Position numbers and translations under genes: made by a program. From Candidatus Shapirobacteria bacterium (lineage in GTDB: Bacteria; Patescibacteriota; Microgenomatia; UBA12405; BS750m-G30), in NCBI GenBank assembly GCA_043817235.1, contig JBDRHA010000005.1, forward strand, positions 1 to 41,594: a stretch of 41,594 bases of DNA. The letters are read 5' to 3'. The notes beneath the pieces were generated by a model. It searched no databases. It was not told where the DNA came from and saw only the letters and a list, made by a program, of their open reading frames with translations. Shown here one piece after another: positions 24,558 through 32,666 of the stretch; position 1 is the stretch's first letter; every line of letters starts with the position of its first letter.

Positions 24558-25760
24558 GTGATCAAAAAATTTCTTTTCTCTTTTTTTCTTCTTGCTTTCT
24601 TTATTTTTCCTCCTCCCAGTTTTGCTTCCTCTCCTTTTGGCATGAATGTCGATCTGTTTTGGACCTGGGACCAGCTGCTGCCGCCGGGGAAGTGGGAATT
24701 AATAGTCAGAACCATGGCAGAAGCGGGGGTTAAAAACGTCCGCCTGCCTATTTACTGGCCGGAAATTCAAGGCCTAACTGAATCAAAGGGAACTGACCCG
24801 AGCCTTTGGAAATGGGATAAGCACGATCAGTTTATTAAACTTCTAGTTGATAACGATATCGCGCCCTTGGCTTATTTTATGTTTACCCCCCAATGGGCGT
24901 ACCAAGATCCAAATTGCAACCAAGATGGGACAGTGCGCTGGCAAGGACGCATTTGCGCCCCCAACCCTCAAGTTTTTGCTTATTTTGTGGAAAAAACAGT
25001 TGAACGCTATGGCTGCGGACCGGGCGGAAAATGCCAGATTAAAAATTGGGAAATTTGGAACGAACCGGATTTAAACTCCAATACTTATTTTTATGGCAGT
25101 TTATCCGACTATGGGCAAATGCTTTATCGGGGCTATCGGGCAGTGAAAAAAAGCGATCCTCAAGCAATAGTCGTTTTAGGCGGAATCAGCCAAGCGGGCA
25201 TAGAGCCAGGCGCCTATCTTGACCAACTGCTTAGCAAAACCTACCTAAATAAACCCGCTTCCGCCTACTTTGATGTTTTTAATTTTCACTATTATTATGG
25301 CCATACTAATGACCTGGTTTACGACGGGCTAAAAAGAGTCAAGCAGGTTTTGGCCAAATATGGGCTGGAAAGTAAGCCAGTTTGGATGACAGAAGTAAAT
25401 CGGGGCGGGCAGTGCGTGGACCCGAATTTGGTCGCTGCCGAACTAACTAAAGTTTTTGAGCCGCTAATTGCCGCCGGAGTAGAAAAAATTTATTGGTTTG
25501 AGGTGGCGGCCAAAGATAATTTGAATATTTGCGGGCAAGCTAATCGCTTTCGCCACCCTCCTTTTTTAGCTCGTATCTATGAGGGGGATAAAGTGGTTGA
25601 TTATCGGCTAATTTCGCCAATGTTTAATGCTTATCAAGCGATGACCGAAGCGAGCATAATTGACGAAATGGATTTAGCAAGACTTCTTTCTTCTTGGCCC
25701 TCCGACTCGGAGGGCAAGGCTAAATTACAAAATTTGCTAAGCAATTGGAAAACTAAATGA
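24558..25760 (+). CDS. Secreted clan-A glycoside hydrolase (GH39/GH5-like) with truncated dockerin-like tail
   Basis: GTG 24558 gives a signal peptide; acid/base 'WEIWNEPD'; 'NFHYY'; nucleophile 'PVWMTEVN'; tail 'IIDEMDLARLLSSW...LQNLLSNW'. Confidence 0.85.
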   Translation: MIKKFLFSFFLLAFFIFPPPSFASSPFGMNVDLFWTWDQLLPPGKWELIVRTMAEAGVKNVRLPIYWPEIQGLTESKGTDPSLWKWDKHDQFIKLLVDNDIAPLAYFMFTPQWAYQDPNCNQDGTVRWQGRICAPNPQVFAYFVEKTVERYGCGPGGKCQIKNWEIWNEPDLNSNTYFYGSLSDYGQMLYRGYRAVKKSDPQAIVVLGGISQAGIEPGAYLDQLLSKTYLNKPASAYFDVFNFHYYYGHTNDLVYDGLKRVKQVLAKYGLESKPVWMTEVNRGGQCVDPNLVAAELTKVFEPLIAAGVEKIYWFEVAAKDNLNICGQANRFRHPPFLARIYEGDKVVDYRLISPMFNAYQAMTEASIIDEMDLARLLSSWPSDSEGKAKLQNLLSNWKTK

Positions 25761-27055
25761 TAATCTTACTGCTTTTAACTTTTCTTTTTTTCTTTTTCCG
25801 GCCGGTTTCGGCCGTTTCCGACCGTCCCTTTTTGATCGGCTGGTTTGCCTCGGTAAATGGTCAGCAAAAATTAGCTGAGTTTTCCCAGAAAGGGATGAAT
25901 TTGGTGATGCCCTATCATACTGAATCAGCTGGTTTAAATATTATTCGGGGATATCTGGACGAGGCTCAAGAGCAGGGTATTAAAGTTATGCTTGATTTAG
26001 AAGATAATAGCTACCGAGATGGCACGAGAAGCTTTGAGCAATCAATAGGTTGGGCCAGATCTATTGTGCAGAATTTTAAAGATCATCCGGCTGTTTATGG
26101 CTGGTATCTGGCGGATGAGCCAGAATTGCACCAGCCCCAGACTAGTGCTGAAAATAGGATTGAGTATTACCAGATTATTAAAAGTCTTGACTCTCAAAAT
26201 TACGGGGCGGTGGTGCATTGGGCCCGGCCCTATTCGGAATACACAGAAGCCTATGATATTTTAATGAACGACTGGTACCCGCGGGATTGCAAGCTTCCAA
26301 GTACAGGCAAGTGCAGCGGCAGTAATGATCTTGGCGAGTTTAATTATATGGTTCGCTATTCTTATGATATTTGGAAACAGGGAATCGCCTTTGCCCGCCA
26401 AAACGAAAAAGCAGGCTATATTGCAGTAGCTTGGGCTCAGGATTATACCCGAGGCAACTTCAAAGAAGGTGATAGAGATTTAACCCGGCCGGAATTTCGC
26501 TACCATGTTTATACGGCTCTGGTCCAGGGGGTAGATGGAATTCTTTTTTGGTGGGAGCCCTGGTCTGGCAATTATGTTAAAGATTTGGTTTATGGAATTA
26601 CCAAAGAAATTCAATCTATCGGTGTTCAGATGAACAATGGCTGGACTAATAATCCTCAAATTACAGTAAATCAGTCAGCCGATAATTTGGTTTACCGCTA
26701 TGGCGTTGATGGCAATAGTCACGTTATTCTGGCCGTGAATATTAGCGGTCATAGTAATAATCAGAATGTTCGGCCGGAGACAGTAGGTCAGAAATTAACA
26801 GGAGTTCGTTTTCAGCTGCCGGCCAATTTAAGTACAAACCAAGTAAGGGTTTTGAATGAAAACAGAACGATACCGGTGGTTAATAACAGCTTTGTTGATA
26901 ATTTTGAACGTTACCAAGTTCATATTTATGAGTTTGATTTTGAGCCTGAGCTTATCGACGAAATGGACTTGGCTGCTTTGCTTTTTTCCTGGAATACTTT
27001 GTCCAGCCCTAAAAGCGAGTTGCAAGTTTTGCTAAACAGCTGGACAACTAGATAA
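25757..27055 (+). CDS. Secreted clan-A-like glycoside hydrolase with truncated dockerin-like tail
   Basis: Signal peptide; 'FKDHPAVYGWYLADEPE', 'DILMNDWYP', 'GVDGILFW'; tail 'LIDEMDLAALLFSW...LQVLLNSW'. Confidence 0.75.
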   Translation: MIILLLLTFLFFFFRPVSAVSDRPFLIGWFASVNGQQKLAEFSQKGMNLVMPYHTESAGLNIIRGYLDEAQEQGIKVMLDLEDNSYRDGTRSFEQSIGWARSIVQNFKDHPAVYGWYLADEPELHQPQTSAENRIEYYQIIKSLDSQNYGAVVHWARPYSEYTEAYDILMNDWYPRDCKLPSTGKCSGSNDLGEFNYMVRYSYDIWKQGIAFARQNEKAGYIAVAWAQDYTRGNFKEGDRDLTRPEFRYHVYTALVQGVDGILFWWEPWSGNYVKDLVYGITKEIQSIGVQMNNGWTNNPQITVNQSADNLVYRYGVDGNSHVILAVNISGHSNNQNVRPETVGQKLTGVRFQLPANLSTNQVRVLNENRTIPVVNNSFVDNFERYQVHIYEFDFEPELIDEMDLAALLFSWNTLSSPKSELQVLLNSWTTR

Positions 27056-27083
27056 TTTTTCTGGTATTCTAGATTTTAGGATT

Positions 27084-30056
27084 ATGAAAAAGACTTTTTA
27101 CCTGCTTCCGATTTTCGTTCTTCTTTTTGGTTTGCTTGGCGCTTCTTATTTGGTTCAAAGACAGCAAAATCCGGAAAATAAAGCGGCTGCCGGTGCTCTT
27201 ATTTTAGCGGATGGCCCCCATCTTTTTTTGGACGATTATTTAATTGAAAGCAAAACTAACATCATTCGGAAAACTAATCAGCCAGCGCGTAATGCTGGCA
27301 ACCCCGTGATCCCCAGTATTGAAATGGAAAACGGCAATTTTAACTGCACCAATTTTAATTACGAGGTGGAAGTGGTGTTTGACCCTAAAGATAGTAAATT
27401 TAAGATGTGGTATAGGCAATACGATGAAAGTGTGCCTACTTATCCGGCTCACTCAGTTTATCGGGAATCTAGCGATGGAATTAATTGGGGAGTTTGCCAG
27501 CAGGTGGCTTACAGCGTGCGATTGGATGACACACAAAACAAAGGCTTAAATAGCAACCGCCGGTTTATTTCCAGTGAAACCTATTTTGATCCGGCTAATA
27601 GCGCCAGAAGAGGAATGGATTTATTTTCCTCTGCCAATGGCATTAACTGGCAGGAAGAACCAAATAATCCTGTGCTGACTTATAATAAACTCCTCCCAGC
27701 AATTAAAAATGACATTTGGGATCTTTATTATGACCCTTTGACCCAAAAATATGGTGTTTTGAGCAAGCCGGAAGTGCAGCATAGCTTTACGGACAGTGGC
27801 GGCCGAGCTCAAGACTATCAGGGCCGAACCACCTATCTTAATACTAGCACTAATTTAATCAGCTGGACTAATGGCACGATGTTATTTCCGCCCAGTTCCC
27901 AAGACGAAGGCCAAATCCAATGGTATGGCTGTGCCAACGCTATGCGTCGGGGAGATCACCTGATCTGCTTTAGCAAGGTTTTGCATGATGATTTTAAGTC
28001 TCCTGATACTCCGGATAAAGCAACAACCTATGTTCCTAATCCGGCCCGACCGAATCCTCTTGAGCCGCGAGCAGTTTATGGTATTGGGTATACGGTTTTG
28101 GCATATAGTCACAATGGCATTGATTGGCAGCGTGATCGGGTAGATAAGATTATCACCGGCAATAATCCCAAGGCCACTTCCGCCTCCGGCTATCGCCGGG
28201 GCGCTTATTTGGTGGACTTAAATAAATTAAGCGCTGACAAGAATGTCTTTTTTGCTCCTAATCCGGATTCTGCCGCTTGGGACCATGCCCATGCTTGGAT
28301 AGACAGTGTGGTCGAAGTGGGCGATTTGCTTTATTTTTACTATGGTGGCTACAAGTTTGGCCATAAAGTTTATTCGGATCGGGGATTGGGTTTAGCCATT
28401 TTGAAAAAAGACCGCTATGCCGGCCAGTATGTGGGCAAAGATACTGCCGGCCGCACCGGTATTTTGACTACTAAAACTATTAAAACGGATGCAGACAAGC
28501 TTTATTTAAATTTAGATACCGGGATGAGCTATGATGGCCCGGGTCAAGCACAAATGGAAATTCTTGATGTTAATAATCCTAATCGGAGCCAAGCTTGCAC
28601 TTTGATTGGCCGAGTGGATGAGATTAGAAAGGAAGCAGCTGGTTGCAATATTGCTGACTTTAAGAACCGAGATATTAAACTTAAGTTTACTTTAAAAAAT
28701 GCGATGCTTTATGCGATTTATTTAGACGGCGATAGCACCGGCCCTGCGCCTACCAGTGGGCCTGGTTCGCCTACGCCCACCTTAACTCCTATCCCTACGC
28801 TTACTTTAATGCCTTCGCCCACGGTTAATCCGAGCCCGGGGCCTGATCGCATTTCCGCCAAAAAAGGAGCGGCTACCCTATATGAAGAGTATGCTCAAGC
28901 TAGCGAGCTGGGAGTCAGTAGTTTTTATCGCTACAGCCCTTACAGCGCCAGTCAAAATACTGCTCCTATGCTGAAAAAAAGTCATATTGACAAGTTGAGA
29001 GCTAATCCTGATCCGGAAAACTGCTCTGTCTCCGACAAGCAAGCAATAAATGTTGCTAATGAATGTCCGGCTCGAGGTATTAAGCAAACTGTAGAAAGAC
29101 GAGGCCAAGGCGGCTATTGGTTGATTTTAAATGAACCGGAATGGGAAGAAGATGCGTATTATCACGGCAATGTAAACCAAATGGCGGATGACATAGCTTT
29201 TACGATAAGGTTTATTAAACAGTATGACCCGGGGGGTAAATTTATTGTGGCCTGGTATCATGGTATACCTAATGCCTGGTTTAATATAGCCCAAAATTAT
29301 GGCTTAAGTCGAGACTACCAAAAAGTCTTTGCCGGCTGGCATATTCATCTTTATCATTGGCAAGGCCAGCTTGGCAGCACCAATAATATTGATGCTTATT
29401 TTAATACTTTTAAAAACCAGATTTTAAACCACCGGGTAGTCGCAGATAAGAGTTCTTGGGGAGCGGAGGTCTGGCTCACTGAGTTTGGCACTTTGATGAC
29501 CGATGGCAATTGCAATAGCCTTAGCAATCAAACAGGCTGTGAATGTCGTTTTGACAGAATAGATAATGATCCCAATCAGCTTTGTGTTAATTTCATGCAA
29601 AAGTTAGTGAATTGGCTGGAATCTGACCAGTCGCCAGTAGATCGCTATTTTTGGTGGAGCTTTGGCCGATGTGATCCTTCTGCCTTAAGCGGAAGCGATG
29701 CTGGCAGCCGCAATTTATGTTTTGGTGCTTTAACAAATAAAGAGGGAAATAATATTTCTTTGAACAACTTGGGCAGAGCTTTTGCGGCATTACCCTTCGA
29801 ATCGGAGGGCACTCCTACTCCCACTCCCACTCCCACTCCGGAGGTGGCCTGCCCCGCAGCTGCGGAGGGAAATTTAAACTGCGATTTGGCCGGTATTATT
29901 GATGAGCTGGATTTGGCGATTTTGCTCTCTTCTTGGAAAACAGAGCCGCCCGCGCCCGATCCCCGGCCGGGCCAGGCATCAGCTGATATTAACCACGACC
30001 AAAGGGTAGATTTTGTTGATTTACAAATTTTAATGTCTAGCTGGACAATTAACTAA
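27084..30056 (+). CDS. Membrane-anchored bimodular glycosidase: beta-propeller (GH32/43-like) + GH128-like clan-A domain + dockerin
   Basis: Propeller with Asp-boxes 'HLFLDDYLIE...GNPVI...FKMWY...SSDGINW'; PT linkers; 'LNEPE...HIHLY...VWLTEFG...DRYFWW'; dockerin 'GNLNCD..GIIDELDLAILLSSW...ADINHDQRVDFVDLQILMSSW'. Confidence 0.75.
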   Translation: MKKTFYLLPIFVLLFGLLGASYLVQRQQNPENKAAAGALILADGPHLFLDDYLIESKTNIIRKTNQPARNAGNPVIPSIEMENGNFNCTNFNYEVEVVFDPKDSKFKMWYRQYDESVPTYPAHSVYRESSDGINWGVCQQVAYSVRLDDTQNKGLNSNRRFISSETYFDPANSARRGMDLFSSANGINWQEEPNNPVLTYNKLLPAIKNDIWDLYYDPLTQKYGVLSKPEVQHSFTDSGGRAQDYQGRTTYLNTSTNLISWTNGTMLFPPSSQDEGQIQWYGCANAMRRGDHLICFSKVLHDDFKSPDTPDKATTYVPNPARPNPLEPRAVYGIGYTVLAYSHNGIDWQRDRVDKIITGNNPKATSASGYRRGAYLVDLNKLSADKNVFFAPNPDSAAWDHAHAWIDSVVEVGDLLYFYYGGYKFGHKVYSDRGLGLAILKKDRYAGQYVGKDTAGRTGILTTKTIKTDADKLYLNLDTGMSYDGPGQAQMEILDVNNPNRSQACTLIGRVDEIRKEAAGCNIADFKNRDIKLKFTLKNAMLYAIYLDGDSTGPAPTSGPGSPTPTLTPIPTLTLMPSPTVNPSPGPDRISAKKGAATLYEEYAQASELGVSSFYRYSPYSASQNTAPMLKKSHIDKLRANPDPENCSVSDKQAINVANECPARGIKQTVERRGQGGYWLILNEPEWEEDAYYHGNVNQMADDIAFTIRFIKQYDPGGKFIVAWYHGIPNAWFNIAQNYGLSRDYQKVFAGWHIHLYHWQGQLGSTNNIDAYFNTFKNQILNHRVVADKSSWGAEVWLTEFGTLMTDGNCNSLSNQTGCECRFDRIDNDPNQLCVNFMQKLVNWLESDQSPVDRYFWWSFGRCDPSALSGSDAGSRNLCFGALTNKEGNNISLNNLGRAFAALPFESEGTPTPTPTPTPEVACPAAAEGNLNCDLAGIIDELDLAILLSSWKTEPPAPDPRPGQASADINHDQRVDFVDLQILMSSWTIN

Positions 30057-30068
30057 AAATCGCTGATA

Positions 30069-31106
30069 ATGATAAAAGCAATGACTAAGAAAACAAAGAT
30101 TTTGATTTCTTTTTTGTTTTTAATAGCAGTTCTGCTTATTGCCATTAATTTGGTTGAGCAAAGACAGGAGCTAAGAAGAGGAGCAGCCGGAGGAGAGGGG
30201 CAGGTAGATTTCCGGCTTTCTTTGGTCGATCAGCCAAGAGAAAGGGGAGAGGAATTTACTGTTCAAGTAAATTTAGTAAGCAGCAGTGCCCAAGGCATAA
30301 GAGTTGCCGGAGCGGATTTGGAGTTTGATCCGGCTGTTTTGGAAATAAGCGAAGTAAACTGTGATTCTCAGTTTCCAGCTGCTGGGCCGGAAAATGGCGT
30401 TGACGGCAATAAAATCAACTTAACTTGTTATCGCTATCAGGAAAATACTGGCCCGCAGCCGGCTTTGATTATAGCTCCAGGTGAGCCCTTGGCTTTGGGC
30501 AGTTTTAAAGTTAAAGTTAAGACAGATGCTGTTTTAGGGGAGACTTTACTAGAATTTACCCGCTCTCGCGTGCCAAACGAAAATGGCTCATTAGACATTT
30601 CCTTGTCTGGTCAGGGAGGAACAATTACTGTTGCTGATCTGCCCACTGCCGCACCTTCTCCAACTTTAACTCTGGCTCCGACTTTTACTCCCACGCCTAC
30701 TCTTGCGCCCACTGCTACGCCAACACCAACCTTAATACCGACACCGACCAGTACGCCTTCGCCGACGCCCGTTCCTTTAGGATGCGAAGAGCCCTGCATT
30801 AGCACTGCTCAGTGCGAAAGCGGCTTAACTTGCACGACCAATAATAATCAATTCGAATCCCGCCTTTGCTGGGGTGAGGCGTGTGAGTCTTCCCAAGAGT
30901 GCAGCTGCCAAACTACTTTTGGGCAGACGGCTAAGGCTAGAGGAGATGGGAATTGCGATAATAAAACCGATATTTTGGATTTTGATTTGTGGTTTAATGC
31001 CTTTATCCGAGGTTCTTCCTCTGCTCAAAGCATGGCAGATTTTTCTTGCAATGGCCGGGTTTCTATTGATGACTTTGAAATCTGGAGAGCCCATTTTGAG
31101 TTTTAA
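30069..31106 (+). CDS. Membrane-anchored cohesin-domain protein with PT linker, Cys-rich module and dockerin (mini-scaffoldin)
   Basis: N-terminal TM; cohesin pattern 'GEEFTVQVNL...VAGADLEFDPAVLEISEV...LGSFKVKVK...GETLLEF'; dockerin 'GDGNCDNKTDILDF...ADFSCNGRVSIDDF'. Confidence 0.75.
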   Translation: MIKAMTKKTKILISFLFLIAVLLIAINLVEQRQELRRGAAGGEGQVDFRLSLVDQPRERGEEFTVQVNLVSSSAQGIRVAGADLEFDPAVLEISEVNCDSQFPAAGPENGVDGNKINLTCYRYQENTGPQPALIIAPGEPLALGSFKVKVKTDAVLGETLLEFTRSRVPNENGSLDISLSGQGGTITVADLPTAAPSPTLTLAPTFTPTPTLAPTATPTPTLIPTPTSTPSPTPVPLGCEEPCISTAQCESGLTCTTNNNQFESRLCWGEACESSQECSCQTTFGQTAKARGDGNCDNKTDILDFDLWFNAFIRGSSSAQSMADFSCNGRVSIDDFEIWRAHFEF

Positions 31107-31123
31107 TTAAGTATTTTGTCCTT

Positions 31124-31244
31124 GTCATCCCCGCGCAGGCGGGGATCTGTTCTCAATGTCATCCTGAGCGAAGCCCCGCGACTCGCGGGGCGAAGCCGAA
31201 GGATCTTTTAGCTCCGAAGATCTCTCGACTACGCTCGAGATGAC
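31124..31244. repeat. Composite REP-like element (reverse orientation)
   Basis: Reverse complement of the core of 22118-22238; includes a dRS3-like GTCATCCCCGCGCAGGCGGGGATC. Confidence 0.9.
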
Positions 31245-31288
31245 AATACTTGCTTTTTTAGCTCATTTTCTCTAGAATTGGGAACTCC

Positions 31289-32362
31289 ATGAAAGCGCTA
31301 ATCGCCGAACTTAAAGAGTTTTACCAAGCGTATTTAGGCTTTTTCTTTGGCTGGGGAAAGAGTGCTTTTTGGCGTCTGGATAAAGGAAAAAAGTTTTTTT
31401 CCGGCTTGCTTTACCGTCAGAGAGGCCGGTTTGCTCAGCCTCTTTCTCATCTTTGGCTGGGCTTTTTACTTCTTTTGGGAATCTTTCTTTCTCCCTTAAT
31501 TGAAGAAAAATTACGCGGCGAGGCTATGGGCTGGCAGGAAGCGGCTGAAAGCCTAGAAGTAATGGGGCAGGGAGATTATTTAAGCTCAGCCGATTATGTT
31601 TCCGCTGGTATTCGGGGAGAAGTGGTGGAGTATGTAGTTAAGCTCGGAGATACAATATCTTCTATTGCGCAGAAATATGATATTAGCGTGGATACGGTTT
31701 TATGGGCGAATAATTTGACTAGCAGTGCCAAAATAAAAGAAGGCCAGCGGCTGAATATTCCACCGGTGACGGGGATTATTCATGAAGTGAAAAGGGGAGA
31801 GACGGTTTATTCTTTAGCCGAAAAATATCAGATTTCTGCCCAAAATATCGTCAACTATCCTTTTAATAGTTTTAGCAATGACGAAACCTTTGCTTTACGC
31901 ACTGGCCAAACTTTGATTATTCCGGACGGAGTGATGCCTGCGGCTACGCCGCGCCCGATTGCTGTTTCCCAAACTGTGCAAGCGGGGTCTTTTTCCGGTG
32001 CCAAGGGGACATTTGTCTGGCCGACTTCCGGCCGGATTACCCAGAACTTCGTTTGGTATCATCCGGGCACTGATATTGCCAATAAAAGCGGGCCGGTAGT
32101 GGTGGCGGCGGATGCCGGCCAAGTTGTCTCAGTAATTTACGCTCGCTATGATTACGGCAATCATGTTGTTTTGGATCACGGCAATGGCTACCGCACCTTA
32201 TATGCTCACTTAAGCAGCATAAGTGTTTCGGCTGGCCAAACAGTTTCTCAAGGTCAGCAGATTGGAATAATGGGCTCCACGGGAAGAAGTACCGGCGTTC
32301 ATTTGCATTTTGAGGTGATCAAAAACGGGGTAAAGATCAATCCCTTAAGCGTACTTCAATAA
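31289..32362 (+). CDS. LysM x2 + M23 peptidase (murein endopeptidase)
   Basis: LysM repeats 'YVVKLGDTISSIAQKY' and 'HEVKRGETVYSLAEKY'; M23 motifs 'HPGTD', 'YAHL', 'STGVHLHFE'. Confidence 0.93.
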   Translation: MKALIAELKEFYQAYLGFFFGWGKSAFWRLDKGKKFFSGLLYRQRGRFAQPLSHLWLGFLLLLGIFLSPLIEEKLRGEAMGWQEAAESLEVMGQGDYLSSADYVSAGIRGEVVEYVVKLGDTISSIAQKYDISVDTVLWANNLTSSAKIKEGQRLNIPPVTGIIHEVKRGETVYSLAEKYQISAQNIVNYPFNSFSNDETFALRTGQTLIIPDGVMPAATPRPIAVSQTVQAGSFSGAKGTFVWPTSGRITQNFVWYHPGTDIANKSGPVVVAADAGQVVSVIYARYDYGNHVVLDHGNGYRTLYAHLSSISVSAGQTVSQGQQIGIMGSTGRSTGVHLHFEVIKNGVKINPLSVLQ

Positions 32363-32437
32363 GAACTTGAAGTACTTTAAGTTCTAATTCCTAATTACTA
32401 ATTTCTAAATAATATCTAATATTTAAATTCTAAACCT

Positions 32438-32606
32438 CGGGTTTGATAAATCAAACCCCTGCAAAAAGACAAATCGACCAAGATGTCATTGCGAGAAACA
32501 ATGTCATCTCGAGCGTAGTCGAGAGATCTTCGGAACTAAAAGATCCTTCGGCTTCGCCCCGCAGCTGCGGGGCTTCGCTCAGGATGACAATACTCCTCGC
32601 AGTGAC
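32438..32606. repeat. Composite nested REP-like element
   Basis: Near-identical to 19762-19957 and 22053-22284. Confidence 0.9.
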
Positions 32607-32666
32607 ATCCTTTTAAAGCCAGAACAGGCTATTGATTTTTTTAAAACCTTTAGTTAAAATTACCAG

